A DNA stretch of 63,785 nucleotides from Ignavibacteriota bacterium. GTDB lineage: Bacteria; Bacteroidota; Ignavibacteria; Kapaibacteriales; UBA961. Location of the stretch: the NCBI GenBank assembly GCA_016197185.1, contig JACPWH010000199.1, forward strand, positions 1 through 63,785. Direction: 5' to 3'. The position numbers and the translations under genes were made by a program. A model generated the notes under the pieces. That model was given only the letters and a program-made list of their open reading frames with translations. It did not search any database and was not told where the DNA came from. Below, piece by piece: positions 19,950 to 28,719 of this stretch (position 1 is its first letter; every line of letters starts with the position of its first letter).

Positions 19950-20738
19950 ATGGATAAAACACTACGCACAGCAGCCACAGGGCTAACGGCTCAGCAACGT
20001 TTTGTGGAAATTATTTCCAACAACCTTGCAAACGTTAACACAACAGGGTTTAAGAAAACCAGACCTGAATTTCAGGATTTACTCTACGAAAACATCCGTG
20101 CTGCGGGCAATACCCAGCAAACAGGAACTGAACCGCTTAATGAAATTCAAATTGGAGCAGGTACGGAGCTTGTTGCAACAACCAAGCAATTTTCGCAGGG
20201 TGATGTGTCGCAAACAAATAATCCCCTTGACATGGCAATAAAAGGCGACGGATTTTTCATGGTTCGTAAACCCGATAATTCAATCGGTTATACCCGTGAC
20301 GGTTCGTTCAAACTCGATAAAAGCGGACAAATAGTTAACTCACAGGGATATATTTTGGAGCCGGGCTTGAGTGTGCCGGATAACGCTGCTGATATAAAAG
20401 TTTCTCGGAACGGAGTACTCAGCGTAATAACAAGCGATGCAAGAGAAGAGCAGGTACTTGGCCAGATTGAGCTTGCTCGATTTGTAAACCCTGCGGGACT
20501 TCGTTCTGTGGGCGATAATTTATACATGGAAACTACTGCCTCAGGTAGGGCGATTACAGAACAGCCCGGAGCAAATAATACGGGTGAAATCTATCAATCA
20601 CATCTCGAAAATTCGAATGTGGATTTGGTACAGGAAATGGTAAATATGATTATCGCACAACGCGCTTATGAATTGAATTCAAAATCAGTTAAAACCGCCG
20701 ATGATATTTTGGCAACGGCAACTAATCTAAAACGATAA
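19950..20738 (+). CDS. flgG: Flagellar distal rod protein FlgG
   Basis: LRTAATGLTAQQRFVEIISNNLANVNTTGFKK and LENSNVDLVQEMVNMIIAQRAYELNSK. 262 aa. Confidence 0.9.
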   Translation: MDKTLRTAATGLTAQQRFVEIISNNLANVNTTGFKKTRPEFQDLLYENIRAAGNTQQTGTEPLNEIQIGAGTELVATTKQFSQGDVSQTNNPLDMAIKGDGFFMVRKPDNSIGYTRDGSFKLDKSGQIVNSQGYILEPGLSVPDNAADIKVSRNGVLSVITSDAREEQVLGQIELARFVNPAGLRSVGDNLYMETTASGRAITEQPGANNTGEIYQSHLENSNVDLVQEMVNMIIAQRAYELNSKSVKTADDILATATNLKR

Positions 20739-20743
20739 AGGTT

Positions 20744-21463
20744 ATGAAGAATTATAGAGTTTTTACAATTGTTTCTTTGCTATTCTTTAGCGTAGTTTCG
20801 ATGAATGCACAGTCTAATTTCTCAGGTGAGCGACTTAGAAGTGCAGTTCTGTCTTATGCTCAAAAAACTGTAGAGAGAGAAGCTGAAATATTGATTTCTC
20901 AAAAAATTGCCGATCAAACTTTTCAAGAACCCGGCGTAACAGCCAAATGCACCGGAAGTGCTCAGTCACTTCGCGGTATGAGTAATGTAGGGGTTGAATT
21001 TGCTGCAAATGGGCGGGTAATCAGACGTATTCAAATTCCTGTCCAAGTTAAAATCTTGCAAGAAGTTCCTGTAGCAACTGCAACGATTTCGTCAAATTCT
21101 CCTATTTCGAATCAGAAAATTTCTTTTGAAATGAGGGATGTGAGTGCATTTTCAGATAATGAATTATTAAGTAAATCAGATATTACGGGCAGCACTGCAA
21201 AACGTTTTTTACCCAAAGGAAGCATAATCACCCGTTCAGCAATTACAGATAGAAATGGGATACGCGCAGGAATGCCTGTAACTATACATGTTCAGGCAGG
21301 AAATGTTGTTATCAGAACACGCGGTTCTGTATTGAATGACGCCTCAATCGGTGAAACAGTACGGGTAATGCGCGAAGGCACAAATACTATGCTAACAGGA
21401 ACCCTTAGAGAAAACCATACGGTTTTTATCGGCAATTCTTCTCAATTAACATCCGAAAGATGA
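20744..21463 (+). CDS. flgA: Flagellar P-ring assembly chaperone FlgA
   Basis: Signal peptide. The C-terminal SAF-like region (KGSIITRSAIT...GMPVTIHVQAGNVVIRTRGSVLNDASIGETVRV) and the gene position match FlgA. Confidence 0.7.
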   Translation: MKNYRVFTIVSLLFFSVVSMNAQSNFSGERLRSAVLSYAQKTVEREAEILISQKIADQTFQEPGVTAKCTGSAQSLRGMSNVGVEFAANGRVIRRIQIPVQVKILQEVPVATATISSNSPISNQKISFEMRDVSAFSDNELLSKSDITGSTAKRFLPKGSIITRSAITDRNGIRAGMPVTIHVQAGNVVIRTRGSVLNDASIGETVRVMREGTNTMLTGTLRENHTVFIGNSSQLTSER

Positions 21464-21689
21464 AAACAACGGAAACTTGAAGATCGAAGGGAAACGTACT
21501 TTCCAGCTTAATGGCGAGAACCAGTCAATTACTCTCACAGGGTTTATCCGCCCTGCTGACATTCAAAGTGACAATTCAATTATTTCCTATAGTATTATGG
21601 ATTTAGTTGTTACTTATGAAGGCGATGGAACGATAACCAAAGCACAAGAGCCCGGAATGATTACAAAATTCTTGCGCTGGCTGTTTTAA
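21450..21689 (+). pseudogene. flgH: flgH (L-ring lipoprotein) remnant: C-terminal ~70 codons only
   Basis: NNGNLKIEGKRTFQLNGENQSITLTGFIRPADIQSDNSIISYSIMDLVVTYEGDGTITKAQEPGMITKFLRWLF aligns with the end of E. coli FlgH ([31 protein letters not shown]...[24 protein letters not shown]). The frame opens only at 21450, after an in-frame TAA at 21447. There is no ATG and no lipoprotein signal, and it overlaps the flgA stop. Confidence 0.65.
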
Positions 21690-21724
21690 ATAATTGAATC
21701 AAACACTGTTATTCTTCAGTAGAA

Positions 21725-21898
21725 GACTGTAAATGACATCTCATATTTTTGTCAAATAACAATTGAGAAATTAGTAGATAAGTATCTTATTGCAAGGGGC
21801 ACGCCCCCTTGTTTCATACTGATACAAATAACCATGCTTTAATGTCATTGCATTATTTTGCAGCCTGCTCGCAGGCTGTCAGAAACTCTGAATGACCA
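21725..21898. repeat. Intergenic repeat (copy B); aligns with 6013..6183
   Basis: By-eye alignment shows most columns identical: gactgtaaatgacatctcat...aataacaattgaga...agtatcttattgcaagg...atgctttaatgtcattgcattatt...gtcagaaactctgaatgac. It contains hairpins caagggg/cccccttg and cagcctgc/gcaggctg. Confidence 0.8.
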
Positions 21899-21992
21899 AC
21901 AGACTTAGAAATATTATTTAGAGTGAGAACGAAAACTTCCTCATAATAACATAAAATGAATAAACAAATTATTCATAAAAAAATTAGATACT

Positions 21993-23090
21993 ATGAAAAA
22001 AATACTGATACTTACCCTGTTTTTAGCAAGCTACACACTTTCGGAAGCATCCCGTATTAAAGATATTGCTTCGATAGAAGGTGTAAGCGGGACACAGATA
22101 ATCGGCTATGGCTTGGTATCCGGTTTGGCAAATACCGGCGATACCCAGCAATCAAAATTCACGGTTCAATCTGTAGCTAATATGCTCAAACGGTTTGGAA
22201 TCATTGTCCCTACTGCAAATTTCCGCACAAGGAATATTGCTGCAGTTATGGTGACAGCGACTATTCCTACGTTTATGCGCAAAGGATCAAAAATTGATGT
22301 ACAGGTTTCTTCGATGGGCGACGCACAATCACTCCAAGGAGGAATATTACTCATGACACCCCTTTCAGGGCAGGACGGTACCGTTCTAGCAACTGCACAA
22401 GGCGGATTATCTGTCGGCGGTTACGATTTCCGTTCTGACGGATCACGTGTAGGCAAAAACTTCGTTTCAGCAGGTCGTGTCCCGGGTGGTGCAATTATCG
22501 AACAGGAAATCAAGGGGCAGTTTGTTCAGAATCAATTACTTCGTGTAATATTACGTGAGCCTGATTTTACAACTTCCACTCGCGTAGCCGAAGTAATAAA
22601 CCGTTCACCGAATTTATCGAATGCTGCAACCTCCATCGACGGTGCAACCATTGAAGTAAAACTTCCTGCGGGACAAACACAAGGTCAAGTAATGCAATTA
22701 ATTGCACAAATTGAAGCATTGCCTATTGTAAGTGATGTTGCAGCACGGGTTGTTATCAATGAGCGTACAGGAACAGTAGTTGTAGGCGGTGCAGTTCAGT
22801 TACTGCCTGCGGTAGTTGCACACGGTGGTTTGGAAATTCAGATACAGCGCACAACCAGTGTTTCTCAACCTCCACCATTCTCAGTAGCAGGTCGTACACA
22901 GCAGGTTCAAAACTCGGCTGTGACGGCACAACAGGAGGAAACAGCCCCGATTGCACTTCCGGCAACATCAACAGTTCAAGATATGGCAAATGCTCTTACG
23001 TCGCTTAAAGTTTCTCCGCGAGATTTAATTGCAATTTTTCAGGCACTCAAAGAAGCAGGTTCATTGCAAGGTGATTTGGTAATTCAATAA
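21993..23090 (+). CDS. flgI: Flagellar P-ring protein FlgI
   Basis: Signal peptide followed by RIKDIASIEGVSGTQIIGYGLVSGLANTGD. C-terminal LKVSPRDLIAIFQALKEAGSLQGDLVI. Confidence 0.9.
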   Translation: MKKILILTLFLASYTLSEASRIKDIASIEGVSGTQIIGYGLVSGLANTGDTQQSKFTVQSVANMLKRFGIIVPTANFRTRNIAAVMVTATIPTFMRKGSKIDVQVSSMGDAQSLQGGILLMTPLSGQDGTVLATAQGGLSVGGYDFRSDGSRVGKNFVSAGRVPGGAIIEQEIKGQFVQNQLLRVILREPDFTTSTRVAEVINRSPNLSNAATSIDGATIEVKLPAGQTQGQVMQLIAQIEALPIVSDVAARVVINERTGTVVVGGAVQLLPAVVAHGGLEIQIQRTTSVSQPPPFSVAGRTQQVQNSAVTAQQEETAPIALPATSTVQDMANALTSLKVSPRDLIAIFQALKEAGSLQGDLVIQ

Positions 23091-23106
23091 ACAAGAAGAG
23101 GTCAAA

Positions 23107-23982
23107 ATGGCATCTGAAATTAATGGCTTGGATACTTCAGCCGCAAATTCCGCGCTCCAAAACTCCCGCATGGAATCAATTGCTAAACTCAAAATGACCG
23201 CAACAGACTCGGGTCATTTAAGCGAAGCTCAAAAGAAAGAATATTCAAAAGCTGCACGCGGATTTGAGTCGATGTTCGTAAGCATGATGATGAAACAAAT
23301 GAAGGAATCAATGCTCGATGACGACCACAAAGAAAACGGCGAGAATATGACCTTTGGGGCTGATATGCTTGGAAGTTATGCAGATATGCAATTTTCCGAT
23401 TTCGTTTCCCGTTCGGGTAAAGGGATGGGGCTTGCCGATATGATCTATAAAAAAATGACAGGCGGAGACACCTTGGATGCCATTTCAACGGAAATTCCTG
23501 CTGCTCCAATTCCTCAGACAGGAAAAAGTCCGTCTCCTCTGCCATCTGTAAAAAATGATGTTATTGATACTTTTTCAGATCGTGTTGAGAACAGGTTAGA
23601 AAAATACGATTCGATAATAACAGCAGCAAGCAAGAAATTCAATGTACCTGACAGTTTAATTAAAGCTGTTATTACCGCCGAATCCGCTGGGAAACACAAT
23701 GCAGTGTCCTCAGTCGGAGCAAAAGGACTTATGCAACTGATGGATGGAACTGCAAACGGCTTGGGAGTTAAAAATTCTTTCGATCCTGCCGATAATATCC
23801 ATGGCGGTACAAAATACTTACGCCAAATGCTTGATGAATTCGGCGGGAATGTTGACAAAGCATTAGCCGCTTATAATGCAGGACCCGGCAATGTTAAAAA
23901 ACACGGCGGAATCCCACCTTTTCAAGAGACACAAGCGTATGTTCGTAAAGTGAAACACTATGCAGAAAGATATGAAGCATGA
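23107..23982 (+). CDS. flgJ: FlgJ-like rod-binding protein fused to an SLT (GH23) lytic transglycosylase domain
   Basis: The rod-binding motif is AARGFESMFVSMMMKQMKES. The C-terminal SLT motifs are ITAESAGKHNAVSSVGAKGLMQLM and AYNAGPGNV. Confidence 0.75.
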   Translation: MASEINGLDTSAANSALQNSRMESIAKLKMTATDSGHLSEAQKKEYSKAARGFESMFVSMMMKQMKESMLDDDHKENGENMTFGADMLGSYADMQFSDFVSRSGKGMGLADMIYKKMTGGDTLDAISTEIPAAPIPQTGKSPSPLPSVKNDVIDTFSDRVENRLEKYDSIITAASKKFNVPDSLIKAVITAESAGKHNAVSSVGAKGLMQLMDGTANGLGVKNSFDPADNIHGGTKYLRQMLDEFGGNVDKALAAYNAGPGNVKKHGGIPPFQETQAYVRKVKHYAERYEA

Positions 23983-24413
23983 ATGATATCCTTACAGTTT
24001 TAGAAGATGAGCGGGTTATGATGTATGAGCTTGTCAAATATGCTCAATCACAACAAAAAGCACTCATCTATCATGATGCAGATGAATTAGACCGTCTTGC
24101 AACTGAGCAAAAGGAACTCTTGGCAGCAATGCAGCAAAAAGAAGTTTCCAGATGGAAAATATTAGCGGCTCATTTGAGTATTTCAACACGGGATGCATCC
24201 GAACTTGCTATGAGTGAACTAATTCCTACATTAGAGGGTTATGAGCAAGACGTTTTCAAGAAACTGCACACAGAACTCAAAGGACTTTTGGGTGAATGGC
24301 AGCTTTTAAATGCTACCAACCGTGTTTTGGCGTTCAGAGCACGGACAAGTGTAAAGGAAATCCTGACGTTTTTTGCCGAAAGTAACGTGCGTGTTTGCAA
24401 TGTACGTGTATAA
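23979..24413 (+). CDS. flgN: FlgN-like flagellar export chaperone
   Basis: 144-aa helical protein located between flgJ and flgK. Its start overlaps the flgJ stop (ATGA). Confidence 0.5.
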   Translation: MNDILTVLEDERVMMYELVKYAQSQQKALIYHDADELDRLATEQKELLAAMQQKEVSRWKILAAHLSISTRDASELAMSELIPTLEGYEQDVFKKLHTELKGLLGEWQLLNATNRVLAFRARTSVKEILTFFAESNVRVCNVRV

Positions 24414-24435
24414 TTTTTGTTAAGAAAGAACTACT

Positions 24436-25869
24436 ATGACCGGATTTAACAGTTTAGAAATCGGCAAACGTGCTTTGCAAGCCCAGCAAACAGGTTTGGG
24501 TGTTACCAGTAATAACATTGCAAACATTAATACCCCCGGCTATGCAAGGCAAACTGCAATTTTTACCGAGACTTCCCCAACACTAATTCCTACCAGCGGA
24601 TTTATAGGAACCGGTGTAACGGTAAGTGCTATCAAAAGCTTTCGTGAAGAATATTTTGACCGCGAAATTCGCAATAACTTATCGCGTAAATCCGGTTATG
24701 AAGCAGATGACAGAACATTACAAAGTATCGAAACTGTTCTGAGAGAACCGTCAGAATATGGTTTGGATGATTCTATCACAAAGTTTTTCAGCTCATTCCA
24801 AGAGCTTGCACTTGAACCTGAGAGCATTCCACGACGTGAACTTGCCCTCAATGCAGGACAGAACCTCGCTGATGAAATACGTGCAACAGCAACAGGTCTG
24901 AGTGAATTGCGAGGGCAAACATTCGATAAACTCGGCACTCAAATAGGTACGGTAAACGGTCTCTTAAAAGAAATTGCCGATCTTAACAGACAAATAACAC
25001 TTGCCCAAGCGCAGTCGTTAGATACAACCAATACCATAAACAATGAACGTTCCAAACGTATAGAACAACTTTCGCAATATGCAGGTACAGTATTTGTTTC
25101 AATTGACAATCACGGTTTGGCGAATGTTACCATAGCAGGTAATTCTGTGGTAACAGGAACTTTTTCAGCCACACTCAAACTAAACGAAACAATAAGCGGT
25201 ACAGGTGAACGCACCGCAAAAATTGATCTTGTAGATAATGGGGGTACACCTTTAGTAACTTTATCCCCTGATTCTGGTGAATTTGCAAGTGCATTGAAAC
25301 ATTATAATGTTACGTTAGATGACAAGGATACATCCGGCGGGTTTTCAGTAGCTAAGAATTTAAGTGACTTGGCTGTAGCAATCGTTAATAAGGTGAATGC
25401 TGCAAGCGTTACAGGATTTGGTTTGGATGATACTGTTGCACCTAACCGAAATTTCTTTGCATCAACTTCCATAGATGCTTTTAGCATTGATCTTGATGCC
25501 GCAGTTAAGGGACAACCCCGTAATCTTCCATTAGCAAATGCTGCGGGTGTTCCGGGTGATAATACAGTTGCCCGTGGTATTGCCGGAATTGCAAACGACC
25601 CTACTTTTTTATCAGGTCAAACTCCGGCTAATTATTATACTTCTTTTTTAAATAAGGTGGCAAATGCAGGTGGAGATGCCCAAAGCGGTCTAAAAACAAC
25701 CAGTATGATTGCCGACCAGTTAAATGCTCAACGCGAGGCGGTTATCGGAGTTAATTTGGATGAGGAAGCCATCAATTTGGTAAAGTTTCAGAAAGGTTAT
25801 GAGGCTGCAGCCCGGGTTATAAATACAACCAGTGAAATGCTCGGCACTCTTATTAATTTAGGACGTTAA
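24436..25869 (+). CDS. flgK: Flagellar hook-associated protein 1, FlgK
   Basis: N-terminus LEIGKRALQAQQTGLGVTSNNIANINTPGYARQ and C-terminus VNLDEEAINLVKFQKGYEAAARVI. Confidence 0.88.
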   Translation: MTGFNSLEIGKRALQAQQTGLGVTSNNIANINTPGYARQTAIFTETSPTLIPTSGFIGTGVTVSAIKSFREEYFDREIRNNLSRKSGYEADDRTLQSIETVLREPSEYGLDDSITKFFSSFQELALEPESIPRRELALNAGQNLADEIRATATGLSELRGQTFDKLGTQIGTVNGLLKEIADLNRQITLAQAQSLDTTNTINNERSKRIEQLSQYAGTVFVSIDNHGLANVTIAGNSVVTGTFSATLKLNETISGTGERTAKIDLVDNGGTPLVTLSPDSGEFASALKHYNVTLDDKDTSGGFSVAKNLSDLAVAIVNKVNAASVTGFGLDDTVAPNRNFFASTSIDAFSIDLDAAVKGQPRNLPLANAAGVPGDNTVARGIAGIANDPTFLSGQTPANYYTSFLNKVANAGGDAQSGLKTTSMIADQLNAQREAVIGVNLDEEAINLVKFQKGYEAAARVINTTSEMLGTLINLGR

Positions 25870-25986
25870 AAATTGTATTGCTGAATTACTAATGTTTATG
25901 ATTTTTTGAAACTACTTGAAGGTTCAATTTCAGCCTTTCTTCAACAACACTTAAATAACAATCCCTTATAAAAAAGGATTAATTTT

Positions 25987-26982
25987 ATGCGTATCACAAC
26001 AAATTCCCAAACGACTACGTTTCAAAGCAATCTGTTTCAGATTCAGGAACGTATGGATAAAGAGAATCAACGGATTGCCACAGGAAAAGATATAATAAGA
26101 ATTGCCGATGCTCCAGAAAGAGTTGCGGATGTCCAGCAACTGTCCACGCTGATTAATCGCAATGCAATCTATAAAGAATCTATGATTTCAGCCGGTGAGG
26201 AACTATTGAATGTTGGTGCTAACCTACAGACATTTTCCGATAAATTAACAACAGTCCGTGAAATCGGACTTGTGGCAGCTGAATCCTCTAACCACGATAA
26301 ATTGCCTGTGCTTGCTCAGCAGATTTTTCAGCAGTTAACTGATATGGTAAAGATTGCGAACAGTGATTTCAACGGTAAATATTCCTTCAGCGGTACAAAA
26401 ACCACCCCTGAATCTATTGTTCCCGTTCCGCCGCAAGTTACAAATGAACCATTTGAGCTTATTCAAATTGCACCGACAGCTGCCAACCCGTCAGGTTATC
26501 AAGTGGTTTTCAAAGGCAATTTGCAGGACAGGATTATAAATACAAGTCCAAATACAACGGAAGTTATTAATGCCAAAGCAGATGCAGCATTTGGAACAGG
26601 CGGAACAGAAATATTCGACACACTAATCAAATCATATAATCTTTTGAATTATCGATTAGATGGCACTCAGCGCGATTCCAGCGAATTATTCTCGACAGGG
26701 GAGCAACGCACATTGCAGTCTTATGTATCAGATATGACACGTGAAATGTCGAATATAGACTTGGAAATCGGTCGAATCGGTTACAAACAAAGCAGAATGG
26801 AAACCATAAGCGAGCAAATTACCGAAGATAATACCCGGCTTGGTGAATTTCGTTCCAGAAAAGAAGATACGAATATTCCTGAATCACTCATCAATCTTAA
26901 AAAAGAGGAAAATGCACTTCAATATTCTCTTCAAGTCGGTTCAAGACTTATGAATCAATCGTTAATGGACTTCCTCCGGTAG
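25987..26982 (+). CDS. flgL: Flagellar hook-associated protein 3, FlgL
   Basis: Flagellin-like N-terminus MRITTNSQTTTFQSNLFQIQERMDKENQRIATGK and C-terminal helix. Located after flgK. Confidence 0.8.
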   Translation: MRITTNSQTTTFQSNLFQIQERMDKENQRIATGKDIIRIADAPERVADVQQLSTLINRNAIYKESMISAGEELLNVGANLQTFSDKLTTVREIGLVAAESSNHDKLPVLAQQIFQQLTDMVKIANSDFNGKYSFSGTKTTPESIVPVPPQVTNEPFELIQIAPTAANPSGYQVVFKGNLQDRIINTSPNTTEVINAKADAAFGTGGTEIFDTLIKSYNLLNYRLDGTQRDSSELFSTGEQRTLQSYVSDMTREMSNIDLEIGRIGYKQSRMETISEQITEDNTRLGEFRSRKEDTNIPESLINLKKEENALQYSLQVGSRLMNQSLMDFLR

Positions 26983-27032
26983 GAATTACCATATATCTTG
27001 AAGGACATAATTATTTTACACTTACAGTATAA

Positions 27033-27130
27033 ATAATTTGGCAAGTAATTGATCTCTTCGATGAACTCAGGGTGACATACAATTTCAGTGTAGCATACCG
27101 TATCTGTCATGCTGAACCCGTTGAAGCATA
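27033..27130. repeat. Intergenic repeat (copy E, short form of the mosaic family)
   Basis: ataatttggcaagtaattgatctcttcgatgaactcagggtgacat, followed by gtcatgctgaacccgttgaagcat. It shares its head module with copies A, C and D. Confidence 0.7.
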
Positions 27131-27229
27131 CAAATACTTAACTATTTCCCTAAAAGTACATCTCGTTGATCGAATAATCAATCAATTGTGTTCTTATATA
27201 TAAATCAGCGAAAAGACAGTGCCGAATTG

Positions 27230-27237
27230 TATCTTTG
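27230..27237 (+). promoter_or_regulatory. Candidate -7 promoter box for motA
   Basis: TATCTTTG lies 48 nt upstream of ATG 27285. Confidence 0.3.
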
Positions 27238-27284
27238 TATAAATAATTTGCACAACTGAAAGTATAACGGTAATTTTCGGCAGT

Positions 27285-28118
27285 ATGAAAGCAAGCACCC
27301 TCATCGGAATTGTTCTTGGCGCAGTCGCTATTTTTGGTTCGTACCTCCTTGAAGGGGGTACGTTCGATGCATTATGGGTGCTGCCCGCAATGATTATTGT
27401 TTTCGGAGGAACACTTGCCGCTGCGCTTGCCGGAAGTTCTTTCGAGCAATTTTCCAGAATTCCCCGATTATTATCAATAGTTTTCTTCCCTCCAAAATTC
27501 GAAATCCAAAAAACAATTGACCAAATTGTTACGTTTGCCGCGCTTGCCCGAAGAGAAGGTATTTTAGGACTTGAGCGGCGTAAGAATGAAATCAAACACC
27601 CTTTCCTTCTTAAATTATTCGAAGTTTCAATAGACGGTGCAGATCCTGCAACCCTGCTTGCGACTGCTGAAACTGATATGGATTTTATTACTGAAAGACA
27701 TCTTGCCAATATCTCTCTTTTTACAAAAATGGGAGGATATTCTCCCACTATGGGTATTATCGGAACCGTTATGGGGTTGATTTCCACTCTTGCTTCTGCC
27801 GGTAGTGACCCGACGGTACTGATTCACCATATCGCCACAGCATTTATAGCTACGATGTGGGGTATTTTCATGGCAAATCTTGTGTGGTTGCCGATTAGTG
27901 ATAAGCTCCGTACACTTCACAGCGAAGAAATGCAGTTACTACGGGTAATGACTGCCGGAGTTCATTCCGTTCAGCTTGGCGAAACGCCGTCTGTAGTTCG
28001 TGCAAAATTAATGAGTGCGTTGCCGCTTGGAGTGCAGATGAAATTTACCAAGACCACCATTCCTAATCCTTTCTTTACACCTTCCCAAAGACATACTCCT
28101 TCGGAACAGAAGAACTGA
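27285..28118 (+). CDS. motA: Flagellar motor stator protein MotA
   Basis: 277 aa with four TM segments. The MotA/ExbB channel region is SPTMGIIGTVMGLISTL...ATAFIATMWGIFMANLVWLPISDKL. Confidence 0.85.
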   Translation: MKASTLIGIVLGAVAIFGSYLLEGGTFDALWVLPAMIIVFGGTLAAALAGSSFEQFSRIPRLLSIVFFPPKFEIQKTIDQIVTFAALARREGILGLERRKNEIKHPFLLKLFEVSIDGADPATLLATAETDMDFITERHLANISLFTKMGGYSPTMGIIGTVMGLISTLASAGSDPTVLIHHIATAFIATMWGIFMANLVWLPISDKLRTLHSEEMQLLRVMTAGVHSVQLGETPSVVRAKLMSALPLGVQMKFTKTTIPNPFFTPSQRHTPSEQKN

Positions 28119-28169
28119 AATAAGAATTTTATAACTCTATCATTAATTATTACTTAAATTCAAGTAATA

Positions 28170-28515
28170 AATAGAACTCATTTATTTGGCAAGTATTTGT
28201 ACAACGTCAAGTTCAGCGTGACATAACTTGCCGGTCATACTGAGTTCCTGATAGTCGCGAAAGTCGCCTCCAAAGTAATATGATGACATTTAAAATATGT
28301 CCCCTTGTCACCCTGAACTCGACTCAGGGTCTCCGTTGCTCTTTGGACGTGCTAATTTCGATGTATGTACGGAGATGCTGAATCAGGTTCACCATGACAG
28401 AACCATTATTTTATCAACAATTTAGAAGATGTCATTTTCTGCCTATCGTTATACAGATACTTACCTTTTTTGAAACAAACCTAAACAAGTTATTATCAGT
28501 TATTTTTGTTCTTTT
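28170..28515 (+). repeat. ~346-bp intergenic repeat (copy C); inverted partner at 53505..53850
   Basis: It aligns end to end with the reverse complement of 53505..53850, from aatagaactc[a/g]tttatttg to cagttattttt. It contains hairpins ccctga/tcaggg and an atgctgaatcaggttca motif. No ORF of 60 codons or more. Confidence 0.85.
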
Positions 28516-28719
28516 ATTTACATTCAAAATGACATTTAGTCTTTAGAACATAATATTTCAATAGAATTCAATTTCTAACTGATGTTATGCAAGATTATTT
28601 TTGTTAATCCTTTTTAACTTCAAATCAAAGCAAGAATAGCTATTCAAAGTCAAGGCAAGATACACAATAAATTTATTGTTGTGTAACATCAATTTCTAAA
28701 TTTCTGTAGTTTAAGTAAC

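Noticed and set aside
27037-27052. Head module ttggcaagtaattg of the repeats read as a sigma-54 promoter (TGGCA...TTG)
   Set aside because: The TTG is one nt too close to the GG (TGGCAA-GTAA-TTGA versus TGGCAC-N5-TTGC), and the -12 GC is missing. The same applies to the copies at about 5986 and 28184.
27201-27228. Sigma-28 (FliA)-like element TAAA-N16-GCCGAATT upstream of motA
   Set aside because: The spacing is one nt longer than the TAAA-N15-GCCGATAA consensus and the -10 half matches only partly. A TAnnTTTG box at the usual distance (27230..27237) explains the promoter equally well. I cannot decide between them without start-site data.
27194-27787. 197-aa minus-strand ORF overlapping motA
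   Set aside because: It is antisense to a clearly recognisable MotA and has no motif of its own. It is a shadow ORF.
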